From Candidatus Latescibacterota bacterium (GTDB taxonomy: Bacteria > Latescibacterota > UBA2968 > UBA8231): DNA of 64,000 nucleotides. Positions 48,271 through 62,364 of the stretch are shown here, in pieces. The notes under the pieces are model-generated. The model was given only the letters and a program-made list of their open reading frames with translations, made no database searches and had not been told where the DNA came from. Position 1 is the first letter of the stretch. Each line of letters opens with the position of its first letter. The position numbers were made by a program, and so were the translations under genes. Location: positions 1,184,001-1,248,000 of the forward strand of contig OZ252098.1 in assembly GCA_965248355.1 (NCBI GenBank). Reading direction: 5' to 3'.

Positions 48271-48645
48271 CTATCCCTGGCCCCGGCGGGCGCCGTACTT
48301 CGACCGCCCCTGCTTGCGCTCGGCTACGCCGCTGGCGTCGAGGACGCCGCGGATGATGTGGTAGCGCACCCCCGGCACGTCCTGCAGGCGCCCGCCCCGA
48401 ACCAGGACGATGGAGTGTTCCTGGAGGTTGTTGCCCTCGCCGGGGATGTAGGCCGTGACCTCCTGACCGGTGGTCAGCCGTACGCGGGCCATCTTCCGCA
48501 GGGCGGAATTGGGCTTCTTCGGGGTCGTCGTGTAGACGCGCGTGCAGACCCCGCGCCGCTGAGGACATCCTCTCAGGGCCGGGGAGTCGGTTCGCGACTT
48601 GGCCTTGCGGCGCCCCTTGCGGACTAGCTGGCTGATTGTGGGCAA
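48271..48645 (-). CDS. rpsL: 30S ribosomal protein S12
   Basis: [30 protein letters not shown]. Confidence 0.98.
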   Translation of the reverse strand: MPTISQLVRKGRRKAKSRTDSPALRGCPQRRGVCTRVYTTTPKKPNSALRKMARVRLTTGQEVTAYIPGEGNNLQEHSIVLVRGGRLQDVPGVRYHIIRGVLDASGVAERKQGRSKYGARRGQG

Positions 48646-48756
48646 GAACGGAACCCCGGGTTGACTTGCGTGACAATTCCTTCGGCGAGAAGCGCTTGCG
48701 GCTGGCCGCCTGAGCGGGGCTCAAGGAGCTGCATCGCCAAATTACGACAGTCTTAG

Positions 48757-48785
48757 ATTATAGGTATTGGGCCACGGATCGTCAA
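48757..48785 (-). promoter_or_regulatory. Sigma70 promoter of the str (rpsL) operon
   Basis: Minus strand TTGACG (48785-48780), 17 nt, TATAAT (48762-48757). Confidence 0.8.
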
Positions 48786-48815
48786 CACCACAAGATGTGG
48801 CGGGATCGTCGACGT

Positions 48816-52910
<4,095 letters not shown>

Positions 52911-52949
52911 ATCCCTCTCATGCTCGAGTGCGGTGGTTTTCCGTGCGTC

Positions 52950-55900
52950 TCAGTACGTCTCGACAGCCAGGCTGTCTTCCAAGATCACGTCCAGGCAGAG
53001 GCTCTGGAGCTCCTTGACGAGGACGTTGAAGGATTCGGGGATGCCCGGCTCGGGAGGGTTTTCCCCCTTGACGATGGCTTCGTAGATCTTCGAGCGGCCA
53101 GCCACGTCGTCGGACTTCACCGTGAGCATCTCCTGCAGTGTGTAGGCCGAACCGTAGGCTTCCAGGGCCCACACCTCCATCTCGCCGAACCGCTGACCGC
53201 CGAACTGCGCCTTTCCACCCAGCGGCTGCTGGGTCACCAGCGAGTAGGGGCCGATGGAACGGGCGTGGATCTTGTCGGACACGAGGTGGGTGAGCTTCAG
53301 CATGTAGATGTAACCCACCGTGACCCGCTTCTCCAGCTCCTGACCGGAGCGGCCGTCGTGCAGTACGGCCTTGCCGTCCTCCGCCAGGCCGGCCTGTCGC
53401 AACATCCCCATGACCTCGTCGTGCGTGGCGCCGTCGAAGACAGGCGTCGCCAAGTGCAGACCGAGCTCCCTGGCCGCCCATCCGAGGTGGGTCTCGAAGA
53501 TCTGGCCGAGGTTCATGCGCGACGGGACCCCCAGGGGATTGAGAACCATGTCCACGGGCGTGCCGTCCTCGAGATAGGGCATGTCCTCCTCGGGGACGAT
53601 GGCGGCTACGACACCCTTGTTGCCGTGGCGCCCCGCCATCTTGTCGCCCACTGACAACTTGCGCTTCTTGGCGATGTAGACCTTGACGAGCTGGATGATA
53701 CCCGGGGGCAGCTCGTCGCCCCGGGAGAGGCGCTCCACCTGGCGTTCCGTCTGCTCCTGCACGAGCTGAATCTGCTCGCTGGCGTAGCGCAGGAGCTCGT
53801 CCACCTTCGCGTCGATGGCTGGCCGGTCACACCAGCTCTCCTCGGGCTCGAGGGAGCTGAAGTCGATGCGCTCGAGGAGACGCTCGCTGATCTGAGTCCC
53901 CTGACGCACGGCGACGCTGCCGTCTTCCTTGCTGCACAAGGATCCGAGCTTGCTGTCGCCGAGCAATTCCATGAGCTGCCGATCGCGCTCCCTCCGGAGG
54001 GCCTCGCTCCGGGCCTCGGCCTCGGCTCGCAACTCCGAAATCGACTCCTTCTCCTCCTTTATCGCCTCGCCCCGGTTCTTGCGGGAGAACACCTTTCGGC
54101 CGATGACGACCCCCTCCATGCCCGGCGGGGCCTTCAGGGAGGCGTCCCGAACGTCTCCCGCCTTCTCCCCGAAGATGGCGCGCAACAGGCGCTCTTCGGG
54201 TGAGAGCTCGGTTTCGCCTTTCGGCGTGACCTTGCCCACGAGGATATCCCCGGGGCCGACCTCGGCGCCGATGCGGACGATGCCCTCCTCGTCGAGGTTG
54301 CGCACCGCCAGCTCGCTCACGTTCGGGATCTCGTGGGTGATCTCCTCTTGGCCGCGCTTGGTGTCGCGCACCTGGAGCTCGAACTCCTCGATATGGACCG
54401 AGGTGAACACGTCCTGGCGCAACAGACGTTCGGAGATGACGATGGCGTCCTCGAAGTTGTACCCGTTCCAAGGCATGAAGGCGCACAGGACATTCATGCC
54501 CAGGGCGAGGTCGCCGGACTCGGTGGCCGGGCCGTCGGCGATGACCTGCCCTTTCTGCACCTTGTCGCCCACCTGCACCACCGGCCGCTGGTTCATGCAG
54601 CAGTCCTGATTGGAACGGGCGAACTTGGTCAAGGAGTATTCATCGCTGTCGGCGGTGTCCAGCGGCGACAGCGGGGTGGAGCGGCGCTTGTCGCGCCGTA
54701 CGAGCACGCGCTCGGAGCTGACCGACACGACCTCGCCCGGATTGCGGGCCAGGATGACGGCGCCTGAATCGACGGCGACCTTGCGCTCCATGCCCGTACC
54801 CACGTACGGCGCCTCGGTGAACAGCAGGGGCACCGCCTGACGCTGCATGTTGGAGCCCATGAGGGCCCGGTTGGCGTCGTCGTGCTCCAGGAAGGGGATC
54901 AGGGCGGCCGCCGCGCTCACCAACTGTTTCGGGGAGACGTCCATGTACTGGCACTCCTCGGGCGTCACCATTGGGTAGTCATCGCGCTGGCGCGCCTTGA
55001 CCAGGGCATTGACGAAGGAACCGTCCTCCTTGAGGAGCTCGTTGGCCTGGGCGATGGTGAAGCGATCCTCCTGATCGGCCGAAAGGAACTCGATCCTGTC
55101 TGTCGCCTTGCCGTCCACAACCTGGCGGTACGGCGTCTCCAGAAAACCGAACTCGTTGACACGGGCGAAGGTGCTCAAGGAGGAGATCAGGCCGATATTC
55201 GGACCTTCCGGTGTCTCGATCGGACAGATTCGGCCGTAGTGGGTGTAGTGAACGTCCCGGACCTCGAATCCGGCGCGGTCCCGGCTAAGCCCCCCCGGGC
55301 CCAGAGCGGAGAGGCGGCGTTTGTGGGTGAGCTCGTCGAGCGGATTGTTCTGCTGCATGAACTGGGACAACTGCGAGGAACCGAAGAAGGCCTGCACCAC
55401 GGTCGATACGGTTCGGGCGTTGACCAGGTCGTGAGGTGTGGGGCGTTCGTCGGTGTGCAGGCTCATGCGCTCGCGAATGGTACGCGCCATGCGCGTCAGG
55501 CCGCTGCTGAACTGGTTGGCCAGCAGCTCGCCCACGAGGCGGACACGTCGATTGCCGAGGTGGTCGATGTCGTCGGTAAACCCCTGCCCCATGCGCAGCT
55601 CCACCAGGTAACGCAGGATCGCCATGAAATCCTCCAGATGGAGGATCGTGCTCTGGGCGGGGACGTCGAGATCGAGACGGCGGTTGATGCGGTGACGTCC
55701 GACATCGCCCAGATTGTAGCGCTTGGGGTTGAAGAACAGGCGGTCGAGCAGGCCGCGGGCGGTCTCGATGTTGGGCGGATCACCGGGACGCAGGAGGTTG
55801 TAGATCCGGGTCAGCGCGTCTTCCTCGTTCTCGCTCGGATCCTTCTTGAGGGTGTTCTCCAGGATCCCCGGGTCATTGGGCGACGGGCCCCCCAGGAGGC

Positions 55901-56780
55901 GCACCTTCTTGAAGGGCGAGCCCTTGAGCGCCTCGAGAACCTCTTCGCTGATCTCCGTGTATCCTTCGGCGAGAATCTCTCCCGAACGCTTGTTGACCAC
56001 GTCCTCGGACCCAAGCGTCCGTCCGAGGATCTCATCGGAGATCTCCGCCTCCTCCTCTTCCCGGAAGAGGGCCATCACCTCGCCGTTGCGCGAGAAACCC
56101 ATGGCCCGCAGCAGCAGCGACACGGGCATCTTCCTGCGGCGGTCGATGTGCACGTACATGATGTCGTTGATATCAAGACTGAACTCGAGCCAGGGACCCT
56201 TGGAAGGCAGAATGCGGGCCGAGAACAGCCGCTTGCCGTTGGGGTGCAGGGTCTCGTCGAAGAACACGCCCGGAGAACGGTGCAACTGACTGACGACGAC
56301 ACGTTCGGCCCCGTTGATGACGAAGGTGCCCTCCTCGGTCATGATGGGCAGTTCCCCGAGAAAGACGGACTGCTCAACCACGTCCTTCACGGGCTTGTCG
56401 GGACTCTCCTTGTCCCGCGTGACCAGCCGCAGTGTGGCGCGCAGGGGCGCGGCGAAGGTCATGCCCCGCTCGCGGCACTCCTCAACACTGTACCTCGGGT
56501 TGCCGCAGGAATAGTCGACGTACTCGAGGGAGTAGATGCCGTGGACATCCGAGATGGGAAAGATGCTCTCGAAGACCAAGTGGAGGCCGCGACGCTGTCG
56601 GCGCTGCGGGGGTGTTTCGAGTTGCAGAAACGACTTGTAGGACTCGATCTGAACTTCGAGGAGGTTGGGCATCGGCACGATCTCGGCGATCTTGCCGAAG
56701 GAACGCCGCTCGATGCTCCCGCTGCAGCTTGCCACCCCGTCCCCGTTCGTGCTGGGCATTGTTGCGCTCAAGGCCTGCAC
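52950..56780 (-). CDS. rpoB: RNA polymerase beta subunit
   Basis: [44 protein letters not shown]; start may be ATG 56759. Confidence 0.99.
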   Translation of the reverse strand: MQALSATMPSTNGDGVASCSGSIERRSFGKIAEIVPMPNLLEVQIESYKSFLQLETPPQRRQRRGLHLVFESIFPISDVHGIYSLEYVDYSCGNPRYSVEECRERGMTFAAPLRATLRLVTRDKESPDKPVKDVVEQSVFLGELPIMTEEGTFVINGAERVVVSQLHRSPGVFFDETLHPNGKRLFSARILPSKGPWLEFSLDINDIMYVHIDRRRKMPVSLLLRAMGFSRNGEVMALFREEEEAEISDEILGRTLGSEDVVNKRSGEILAEGYTEISEEVLEALKGSPFKKVRLLGGPSPNDPGILENTLKKDPSENEEDALTRIYNLLRPGDPPNIETARGLLDRLFFNPKRYNLGDVGRHRINRRLDLDVPAQSTILHLEDFMAILRYLVELRMGQGFTDDIDHLGNRRVRLVGELLANQFSSGLTRMARTIRERMSLHTDERPTPHDLVNARTVSTVVQAFFGSSQLSQFMQQNNPLDELTHKRRLSALGPGGLSRDRAGFEVRDVHYTHYGRICPIETPEGPNIGLISSLSTFARVNEFGFLETPYRQVVDGKATDRIEFLSADQEDRFTIAQANELLKEDGSFVNALVKARQRDDYPMVTPEECQYMDVSPKQLVSAAAALIPFLEHDDANRALMGSNMQRQAVPLLFTEAPYVGTGMERKVAVDSGAVILARNPGEVVSVSSERVLVRRDKRRSTPLSPLDTADSDEYSLTKFARSNQDCCMNQRPVVQVGDKVQKGQVIADGPATESGDLALGMNVLCAFMPWNGYNFEDAIVISERLLRQDVFTSVHIEEFELQVRDTKRGQEEITHEIPNVSELAVRNLDEEGIVRIGAEVGPGDILVGKVTPKGETELSPEERLLRAIFGEKAGDVRDASLKAPPGMEGVVIGRKVFSRKNRGEAIKEEKESISELRAEAEARSEALRRERDRQLMELLGDSKLGSLCSKEDGSVAVRQGTQISERLLERIDFSSLEPEESWCDRPAIDAKVDELLRYASEQIQLVQEQTERQVERLSRGDELPPGIIQLVKVYIAKKRKLSVGDKMAGRHGNKGVVAAIVPEEDMPYLEDGTPVDMVLNPLGVPSRMNLGQIFETHLGWAARELGLHLATPVFDGATHDEVMGMLRQAGLAEDGKAVLHDGRSGQELEKRVTVGYIYMLKLTHLVSDKIHARSIGPYSLVTQQPLGGKAQFGGQRFGEMEVWALEAYGSAYTLQEMLTVKSDDVAGRSKIYEAIVKGENPPEPGIPESFNVLVKELQSLCLDVILEDSLAVETY

Positions 56781-56995
56781 TCCTTCTTGTGCCGGTTCGG
56801 CAAGGCGGTCAGGGCCTGCCGCGATTCATGCGCGAGATCACGGATGCCCGCCCTGATCGAGGGGCATGCGTAAACCGGCGCTTCAAGGGTTGAAAAATCG
56901 ATTGGGAATGAGCCTGTACCGGCGCCGCCCGGGCCGGGCCAGCGTGGACCCCTCGACCGACAAGCCGGTCGGAAGGCAGCCGTGGAAGACGGCTG

Positions 56996-57403
56996 TCACT
57001 TGATTTCGACAGTGGCTCCCGCCTCGGTCAATTTGGCCTGGATCTCCTCTGCCTCCTGCTTGGGCACAGCTTCCTTAACCGCCTTGGGCGCCTCGTCGAC
57101 CAAGGCCTTGGCCTCCTTGAGCCCCAGGCTCGTGATCTCGCGAACCACCTTGATCACCTGGATCTTCTTGTCGCCCGCGCTCGTGAGGACGACATCGAAC
57201 TCGACCTGCTCCTCCACCGCCTCGCCGCCCTCGCCGCCGCCGGGCACCACCCCGGCCATCATGACCGGAGCCGCGGCCGAAACACCGAACCTGTCCTCCA
57301 GAGCCTTGACCAGCTCGGCCAGCTCGAGTACGGTCAGGCCGCCGATGGTCTCGATGATCTCGCCCACCTTGGGGCTGACGCTGACTTCCTGTTCCTCGCT
57401 CAT
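56996..57403 (-). CDS. rplL: 50S ribosomal protein L7/L12
   Basis: [24 protein letters not shown]. Confidence 0.98.
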   Translation of the reverse strand: MSEEQEVSVSPKVGEIIETIGGLTVLELAELVKALEDRFGVSAAAPVMMAGVVPGGGEGGEAVEEQVEFDVVLTSAGDKKIQVIKVVREITSLGLKEAKALVDEAPKAVKEAVPKQEAEEIQAKLTEAGATVEIK

Positions 57404-57460
57404 GGCTTTCTTGTCCTCCGCATGGTTTCTTGCTCGTTTCGAGAATCGAATCAGGAGCCT

Positions 57461-58000
57461 TCAGGACCCGGTGCCGGCATCGGCCTCCGATCGTTGCTCA
57501 GCGATCGCCGAGAGGGCGGCCACCAGACTTCGCAGCAGTCCGTTGAGAACCGCCGACAGCCCATAGAGCGGCGCCTGGACGGAGCCGACCACCTGGCCTA
57601 TCAACCCCTCGCGGGAAGGCAGCTTGGCCAATTGCGCCACGGCCTCGGCCGTCAGGATCTGTCCGTCCACCAGGCCTGTCTTGATGGCCAGCTTGCCGCC
57701 CCTGTCGATGAACTCCTGCAGGATCTTCGCCGGAGCCACGGGGTCGTCATGGGCAAAGGCCATCGCCGTGGGACCTTCGAGGTACTGCTCCAGGCCCTCC
57801 AGCCCGGCGTCGCTGGCAGCCCTCTTGGCCAGGCGGTTCTTCACCACCTGATACTCGACCCCGGCCCCCCGAAGGGACCGTCGCAAACGCGTGACGGCGG
57901 CCACGTCGACGCCATGGAAATCGGCGAGGAAGATGGCCTCGGCCTGGGCCATCTTCCTCGCCAGGCCACTGACGGTCTCGGTCTTCTCTGCCGTCGGCAT
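57461..58000 (-). CDS. rplJ: 50S ribosomal protein L10
   Basis: ATG 58000; VVKNRL, GPTAMAF, LAKLPSRE. Confidence 0.96.
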   Translation of the reverse strand: MPTAEKTETVSGLARKMAQAEAIFLADFHGVDVAAVTRLRRSLRGAGVEYQVVKNRLAKRAASDAGLEGLEQYLEGPTAMAFAHDDPVAPAKILQEFIDRGGKLAIKTGLVDGQILTAEAVAQLAKLPSREGLIGQVVGSVQAPLYGLSAVLNGLLRSLVAALSAIAEQRSEADAGTGS

Positions 58001-58001
58001 G

Positions 58002-58703
58002 TCAGGCCGCCAAGGCCGATGGGTCGATGCGGATACCCGGCCCCATGGTCGACGACAGCACGGCCTTCCGGATGAACTGGCCCTTCGCCGCCGAGGGCCT
58101 GGCCCGCAGGATGGCGTCGGAGAAAGCACGGGCGTTCTCCACGAGAGCTGCGGTTTCGAAAGAAACCTTGCCGATGGGCGCCTGGGCGTTGTTGCCGGAC
58201 TTGCTGTCAGCCCGAAACTCGACACGCCCCGCCTTGGCCTCCCTCACCGCCTGAGTGATCTCGCGCGTCACCGTCCCGGTCTTAGGATTGGGCATCATTC
58301 CCCGGGGACCGAGGATGCGGCCCAAGCGGCCCACTTGACCCATCATGTCGGGAGAAGCGATGACGAGATCGAAGTCGAGCCAGCCTTTCTGGATCTTCTC
58401 GATCAGGTCGTCCCCGCCCACGTGGTCGGCACCGGCCTCCTGAGCCTGGGTCACGAGTTCGCCCTGGGTGATGACCACCACTTGGATCTCCTTGCCCGTC
58501 CCGTGGGGCAACATGACCGTGCCGCGGATGGCCTGCTCCGCCTGGCGCCCGTCGATGCCCAGGTGAAAGCCGAGCTCCACGGTTTCATCGTACCTGCGCT
58601 GCGGGAAGGACTTGAGCATGCCCACGGCCTCTTCGAGAGAGAGGGACCCGGTCTTGTCGTATTTCTCTACGGATTCAAGGTATTTTCGGCTCTTCCTGCC
58701 CAT
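58002..58703 (-). CDS. rplA: 50S ribosomal protein L1
   Basis: RGTV.LPHGTGK, LGRILGPRGMMPNPK.GTV, STMGPG. Confidence 0.98.
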   Translation of the reverse strand: MGRKSRKYLESVEKYDKTGSLSLEEAVGMLKSFPQRRYDETVELGFHLGIDGRQAEQAIRGTVMLPHGTGKEIQVVVITQGELVTQAQEAGADHVGGDDLIEKIQKGWLDFDLVIASPDMMGQVGRLGRILGPRGMMPNPKTGTVTREITQAVREAKAGRVEFRADSKSGNNAQAPIGKVSFETAALVENARAFSDAILRARPSAAKGQFIRKAVLSSTMGPGIRIDPSALAA

Positions 58704-58726
58704 GTGATCTCCCTTCTCCAGTTCAC

Positions 58727-59152
58727 TCAGGATTCGACGATCAGCCCCATGCTGCGCGCCGTTCCGGCGATCATCAGGGCCGCCGCTTCCACGTCGTTGG
58801 CGTTGAGATCCTCCATCTTGGCCTCGGCGATCTCGCGCAACTGGTCCGGGGTAACGGTGCCCACCTTGTCACGGTTGGGCACGCCCGATCCCTTGTCGAT
58901 CCCCGCCGCGCGCTTGAGCAACGTCGACGCTGGCGGCGTCTTGGTGATAAAGCTGAAGCTGCGGTCGGCGAAGACGGTGATGACCACCGGAATCAGGAGG
59001 CCCTGCTTGTCCTGGGTCTGGGCGTTGAAGGCCTTGCAGAACTCCATGATGTTCACGCCGTGCTGACCCAGGGCGGGACCTACGGGCGGCGTGGGGTTTG
59101 CAGAGCCCCCGGGGATCTGCAGCTTGATCTGGGCCAATTCCTTCTTCGCCAT
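58727..59152 (-). CDS. rplK: 50S ribosomal protein L11
   Basis: [29 protein letters not shown]. Confidence 0.98.
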   Translation of the reverse strand: MAKKELAQIKLQIPGGSANPTPPVGPALGQHGVNIMEFCKAFNAQTQDKQGLLIPVVITVFADRSFSFITKTPPASTLLKRAAGIDKGSGVPNRDKVGTVTPDQLREIAEAKMEDLNANDVEAAALMIAGTARSMGLIVES

Positions 59153-59184
59153 GGATTCGCTCTCCCGTGTTCGAGGCCGTCCCC

Positions 59185-59733
59185 TCAGGTGGTGACGCTC
59201 TCGTCCACCGCCTCCACCTGAAGGACGTCGAGTTCGACCGGCGTTCCACGGCCGAAGATGCTCACCACGATCTTCAGCCTCCGCTTCTCGGGAATGACCT
59301 CCTGCACCGTGCCTATGAAGTCCTTGAAGGCGCCGTCCACGACCTTCACCTGATCTCCGGCCATGTAGGGGATCTCATCGACTTCCTGTGCCTTGCGTCG
59401 ATCGGCGTGGCCCAGGATGTGGTCGACCTCCTCCTGGGTCAGGGGCTGCGGTTTGCGGGCGGGGCCGACGAAGTTGGTAACACCCGGCACGTTGGTCACC
59501 ATGTGCCAAGCGTCCTTGCTCATCTCCATCTCCACCAAGACGTAGCTGGGCAGAAAGCGCCTCTTGGAAACCGTCTTCTTGCCGCCACGCATCTCCACCA
59601 CTTCCTCCGTCGGCACGACGACCTTGGCGATGGCGCCGTCGGCGACGCCCTGCTGGATAAGGGTTTCCAGGTAGGTCTTGACCTTGTTCTCGTGCCCGGA
59701 ATAGGTATGGAGTGCGTACCACCGTTCGGCCAT
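59185..59733 (-). CDS. nusG: Transcription termination/antitermination factor NusG
   Basis: [25 protein letters not shown] motif, IFGR.TPVEL. Confidence 0.97.
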   Translation of the reverse strand: MAERWYALHTYSGHENKVKTYLETLIQQGVADGAIAKVVVPTEEVVEMRGGKKTVSKRRFLPSYVLVEMEMSKDAWHMVTNVPGVTNFVGPARKPQPLTQEEVDHILGHADRRKAQEVDEIPYMAGDQVKVVDGAFKDFIGTVQEVIPEKRRLKIVVSIFGRGTPVELDVLQVEAVDESVTT

Positions 59734-59760
59734 GGCTGCGATCTTCCGCTTTCTCAATCG

Positions 59761-59949
59761 CTACAAGACGATGAGGATGGACCGGATGTAGGACAGAACC
59801 AGGTCGAAAAGGCCGATGAAGATCGCGAAGGCGATGGAGAACACGACTACCACCGTCGTGGAGTTCACCAGTTCCTCCCGGGTGGGCCAGATGACCCGGG
59901 CGAACTCGCCACGCACTTCGGTCAGGAAGCCTGTCAGCTTGTCGAACAT
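59761..59949 (-). CDS. secE: Preprotein translocase SecE
   Basis: EF.RV.WPTREE, single TM; canonical position. Confidence 0.95.
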   Translation of the reverse strand: MFDKLTGFLTEVRGEFARVIWPTREELVNSTTVVVVFSIAFAIFIGLFDLVLSYIRSILIVL

Positions 59950-60000
59950 CCAGAGTCCAGATCCCTGTACGGTCCCCTAGTTCCCCCGCTTGATGATCTT

Positions 60001-60077
60001 TGGCAGGCCCGGCAGGACTTGAACCTGCAACCGCCGGTTTTGGAGACCGGTGCTCTACCAAATTGAGCTACAGGCCT
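60001..60077 (-). tRNA. tRNA-Trp (CCA)
   Basis: AGGCCTGTAGCTCAATTTGGTAGAGCACCGGTCT-CCA-AAACCGGCGGTTGCAGGTTCAAGTCCTGCCGGGCCTGCCA. Confidence 0.97.
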
Positions 60078-60228
60078 ACCGCGTCTCCCGGTGCAAGGTC
60101 TGCCGCCCGCAGTGGGCGCAGTATTTCCTGTACTCCACCCGGTCCGGATGGGTTCGGCGGTTCTTCGTAGCCGAGTAGTTGCGACGGCTACACACCTCGC
60201 ACTCGAGTGTGATCCGGTGCCTTGGCAT
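60076..60228 (-). CDS. rpmG: 50S ribosomal protein L33 (Zn-binding type)
   Basis: [13 protein letters not shown]...KN...KYCAHC...LHRET; ATG 60228. Confidence 0.96.
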   Translation of the reverse strand: MPRHRITLECEVCSRRNYSATKNRRTHPDRVEYRKYCAHCGRQTLHRETR

Positions 60229-60264
60229 CTCGCGGCCGCAGGGCCGCGAGCGCCCTCGGGTTGC

Positions 60265-60340
<76 letters not shown>

Positions 60341-60370
60341 TCGCATGGCTTAACGTGGTTCGGCGGGAAG

Positions 60371-60447
60371 TGGAGCGGGAAACGGGACTCGAACCCGCGA
60401 CATCGAGCTTGGAAGGCTCGCGCTCTAGCCAACTGAGCTACTCCCGC
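60371..60447 (-). tRNA. tRNA-Gly (TCC)
   Basis: GCGGGAGTAGCTCAGTTGGCTAGAGCGCGAGCCT-TCC-AAGCTCGATGTCGCGGGTTCGAGTCCCGTTTCCCGCTCCA. Confidence 0.97.
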
Positions 60448-60516
60448 CCTCCATCTGCCCGCCGCCGGGCGTCAAGGCTCGGGCTGCCGTAAGTGCCCGC
60501 CGGATACAGACTTGAG

Positions 60517-60545
60517 AAGATACAGCTGGTTGGCGTAGGTGTCAA
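60517..60545 (-). promoter_or_regulatory. Sigma70 promoter for tRNA-rpmG-secE-nusG unit
   Basis: Minus strand TTGACA (60545-60540), 17 nt, TATCTT (60522-60517). Confidence 0.7.
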
Positions 60546-60576
60546 CCCCTGCCACGGGCCCCTCGACGGCTGCGAT

Positions 60577-61083
60577 TCATGCCTCCGCAGCCCCCCGCGC
60601 AACCGGACCCAGATCACGGGTGATCTTGAGGATCTTGTAGTGGAGGACACCCGCCGGCACCGTGATCTGCACCTCCTCCCCCTCTTCCTTGCCCAGCAGG
60701 CCCCTCCCGATTGGGGAGACGGTCGAGATCTTTCCCTGCTCGAAATCCGCCTCCTCGGGGGACACGAGGGTGTACGAGAGCTCGCCACCCTTTCCGAGAT
60801 CCAGAAGCTGCACCGTGGCGCCGATGTAGACCTTGTCGTCGGGGATGTTCTCGGCTTCGATCAGCCGGGCGCGGCTGAGCGTCTCCTCGAGCCTGCCGAT
60901 CCGCTGCTCGAGAAACATCAGTCTCTCCTTGGCGGCGGAGTACTCGGCGTTCTCGGACAGATCGCCGAACTCACGGGCCCGCTGAAGGGCCCGGCGTACC
61001 TTGGGACGCTCGTCCGTCCTGAGCTGCCTCAGCTCGTCCTGGAGCTTCTGAAGCCCCTCGCGGGAAAGGTAGACCTCGGTCAT
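60577..61083 (-). CDS. greA: Transcription elongation factor GreA
   Basis: ATG 61083; AREFGDLSENAEYSAAKE, EAD...GKIS..SPIGRGLLGK. Confidence 0.97.
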   Translation of the reverse strand: MTEVYLSREGLQKLQDELRQLRTDERPKVRRALQRAREFGDLSENAEYSAAKERLMFLEQRIGRLEETLSRARLIEAENIPDDKVYIGATVQLLDLGKGGELSYTLVSPEEADFEQGKISTVSPIGRGLLGKEEGEEVQITVPAGVLHYKILKITRDLGPVARGAAEA

Positions 61084-61139
61084 GGCAAGGCTGGCTCCTG
61101 GTCGCCCCCCTGGCGCCGTGCTCCGGCACCGAGGGAAAC

Positions 61140-61187
61140 AAAAAAGCGGAAGCGTGGCTCCCATGTCTGAGAAGGGGCCGCTTCCGC
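61140..61187 (-). terminator. Intrinsic terminator/attenuator in the greA leader
   Basis: Minus strand GCGGAAGCG (61187-61179) pairs with CGCTTCCGC (61154-61146), followed by TTTTTT (61145-61140); lies between promoter and greA start. Confidence 0.75.
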
Positions 61188-61221
61188 CCGTTCGAGCAAC
61201 CGTCGTTTTGGTGACTGGCCA

Positions 61222-61250
61222 AAGATATACAGGAGCATCTCCGGTGGCAA
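61222..61250 (-). promoter_or_regulatory. Candidate greA promoter
   Basis: Minus strand TTGCCA (61250-61245), 17 nt, TATCTT (61227-61222). Confidence 0.6.
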
Positions 61251-61405
61251 GGTGAGACACCTGCCGCTGAGACATTCTCCCCTTCAGCGTCCTCACTCGA
61301 CGGTCCGCGCCCCCAAAGGGGCCGCGGATCTCTTCTTCCGCGCCCTTTGGCCGGAAAACAGGTTCTCCTTGCCCCCCTCCCGGAACCCCCGTAGGTTCCG
61401 CCTCC

Positions 61406-62359
61406 GTGCCCTTGAATTCGACCCGCCGCCCGGATCCATACGCCGCCGTTATGCGGGGGGCCGCCCTGTTCGACGGCTCCGGGCAGGGACGCATCCTCTT
61501 CACGGGTCCCGACCACCTCGACTTCCTGCACCGGATGTCGACCAACGCGATCACTCGAAGCGCCGTGGGGGACGGGCTGGAGACCGTGTTCTGCAACCCT
61601 CGCGGGAGGATCGTCCAGCTCGCCTGTCTCGGTCGCACGGCTCAGGAGGAGACCACCGCCTTCGTCCAGGATGCGCCGGGCCTGCTCGCATGGCTCGAGC
61701 GCTACCACTTCTCCGAATCCATGGAAGGGACGGACATCAGCGCCCCCACCGGCCAGCTCGAGCTGGTCGGACCCGCCAGTCCACAGGTCTTCCGATCGGT
61801 CTTCCGTTCGGACCCGTGGAACTCCATGTCCGCAACCATCCCCGTCGCCGAAGGCCTGTGGGCGATGCTCCTCCAGGTGGGGGAACAACCGGCCCTCCGG
61901 CTGTGGGGACCACGCCTCGAGGTCGACCGGTGCCGCCGCCAGCTCCTGGCCACCGGCGTAGCCGAGCTCGACGCCGATGCCTGGGAGATCCTGCGCGTTG
62001 AGTGGGGACAGCCCGCGGCCGGTGGCGAGCTGACCCTGGACCACAACCCCTGGGAGGCCGGTCTGGGCCACGCCATCCACATGGACAAGGGCTGCTACAT
62101 CGGTCAGGAGGTCGTCGCCCGTCTGGAAACCTACCGGAAAGTGAAGCAACGCCTCGTGGGCCTGCGCCTGGCCGGCGAGGTCCAACCCGGCGCCCGGGTC
62201 GAGGCCGGCGGGCGAGCCGCGGGCCTGGTAACCAGCGCCGTCACATCTGCACGGTTGGGGCCCCTGGCCCTGGCCTACGTGCGTTCCGCCCACTGCCAGC
62301 CCGGAACGGCCCTGTCCGTCAACGGCACCGACGCCGAGGTCAGCGCCCTCCCCTTTTGA
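61406..62359 (+). CDS. ygfZ: YgfZ/GcvT-family folate-binding protein
   Basis: GPDHLDFLHRMSTN, LRVEWGQP, NPWEAGL, KGCYIGQEVVAR signature; start GTG 61406 or ATG 61451. Confidence 0.9.
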   Translation: MPLNSTRRPDPYAAVMRGAALFDGSGQGRILFTGPDHLDFLHRMSTNAITRSAVGDGLETVFCNPRGRIVQLACLGRTAQEETTAFVQDAPGLLAWLERYHFSESMEGTDISAPTGQLELVGPASPQVFRSVFRSDPWNSMSATIPVAEGLWAMLLQVGEQPALRLWGPRLEVDRCRRQLLATGVAELDADAWEILRVEWGQPAAGGELTLDHNPWEAGLGHAIHMDKGCYIGQEVVARLETYRKVKQRLVGLRLAGEVQPGARVEAGGRAAGLVTSAVTSARLGPLALAYVRSAHCQPGTALSVNGTDAEVSALPF

Positions 62360-62364
62360 CCGGG

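Noticed and set aside
56781..56995. Hairpins in the rplL-rpoB spacer as a terminator or ncRNA
   Set aside because: Short GC stems without an adjacent U-tract; cannot be told from chance by eye.
60448..60510. Possible tRNA-Tyr remnant upstream of tRNA-Gly
   Set aside because: No D-arm, T-loop GTTC or acceptor stem is recognisable.
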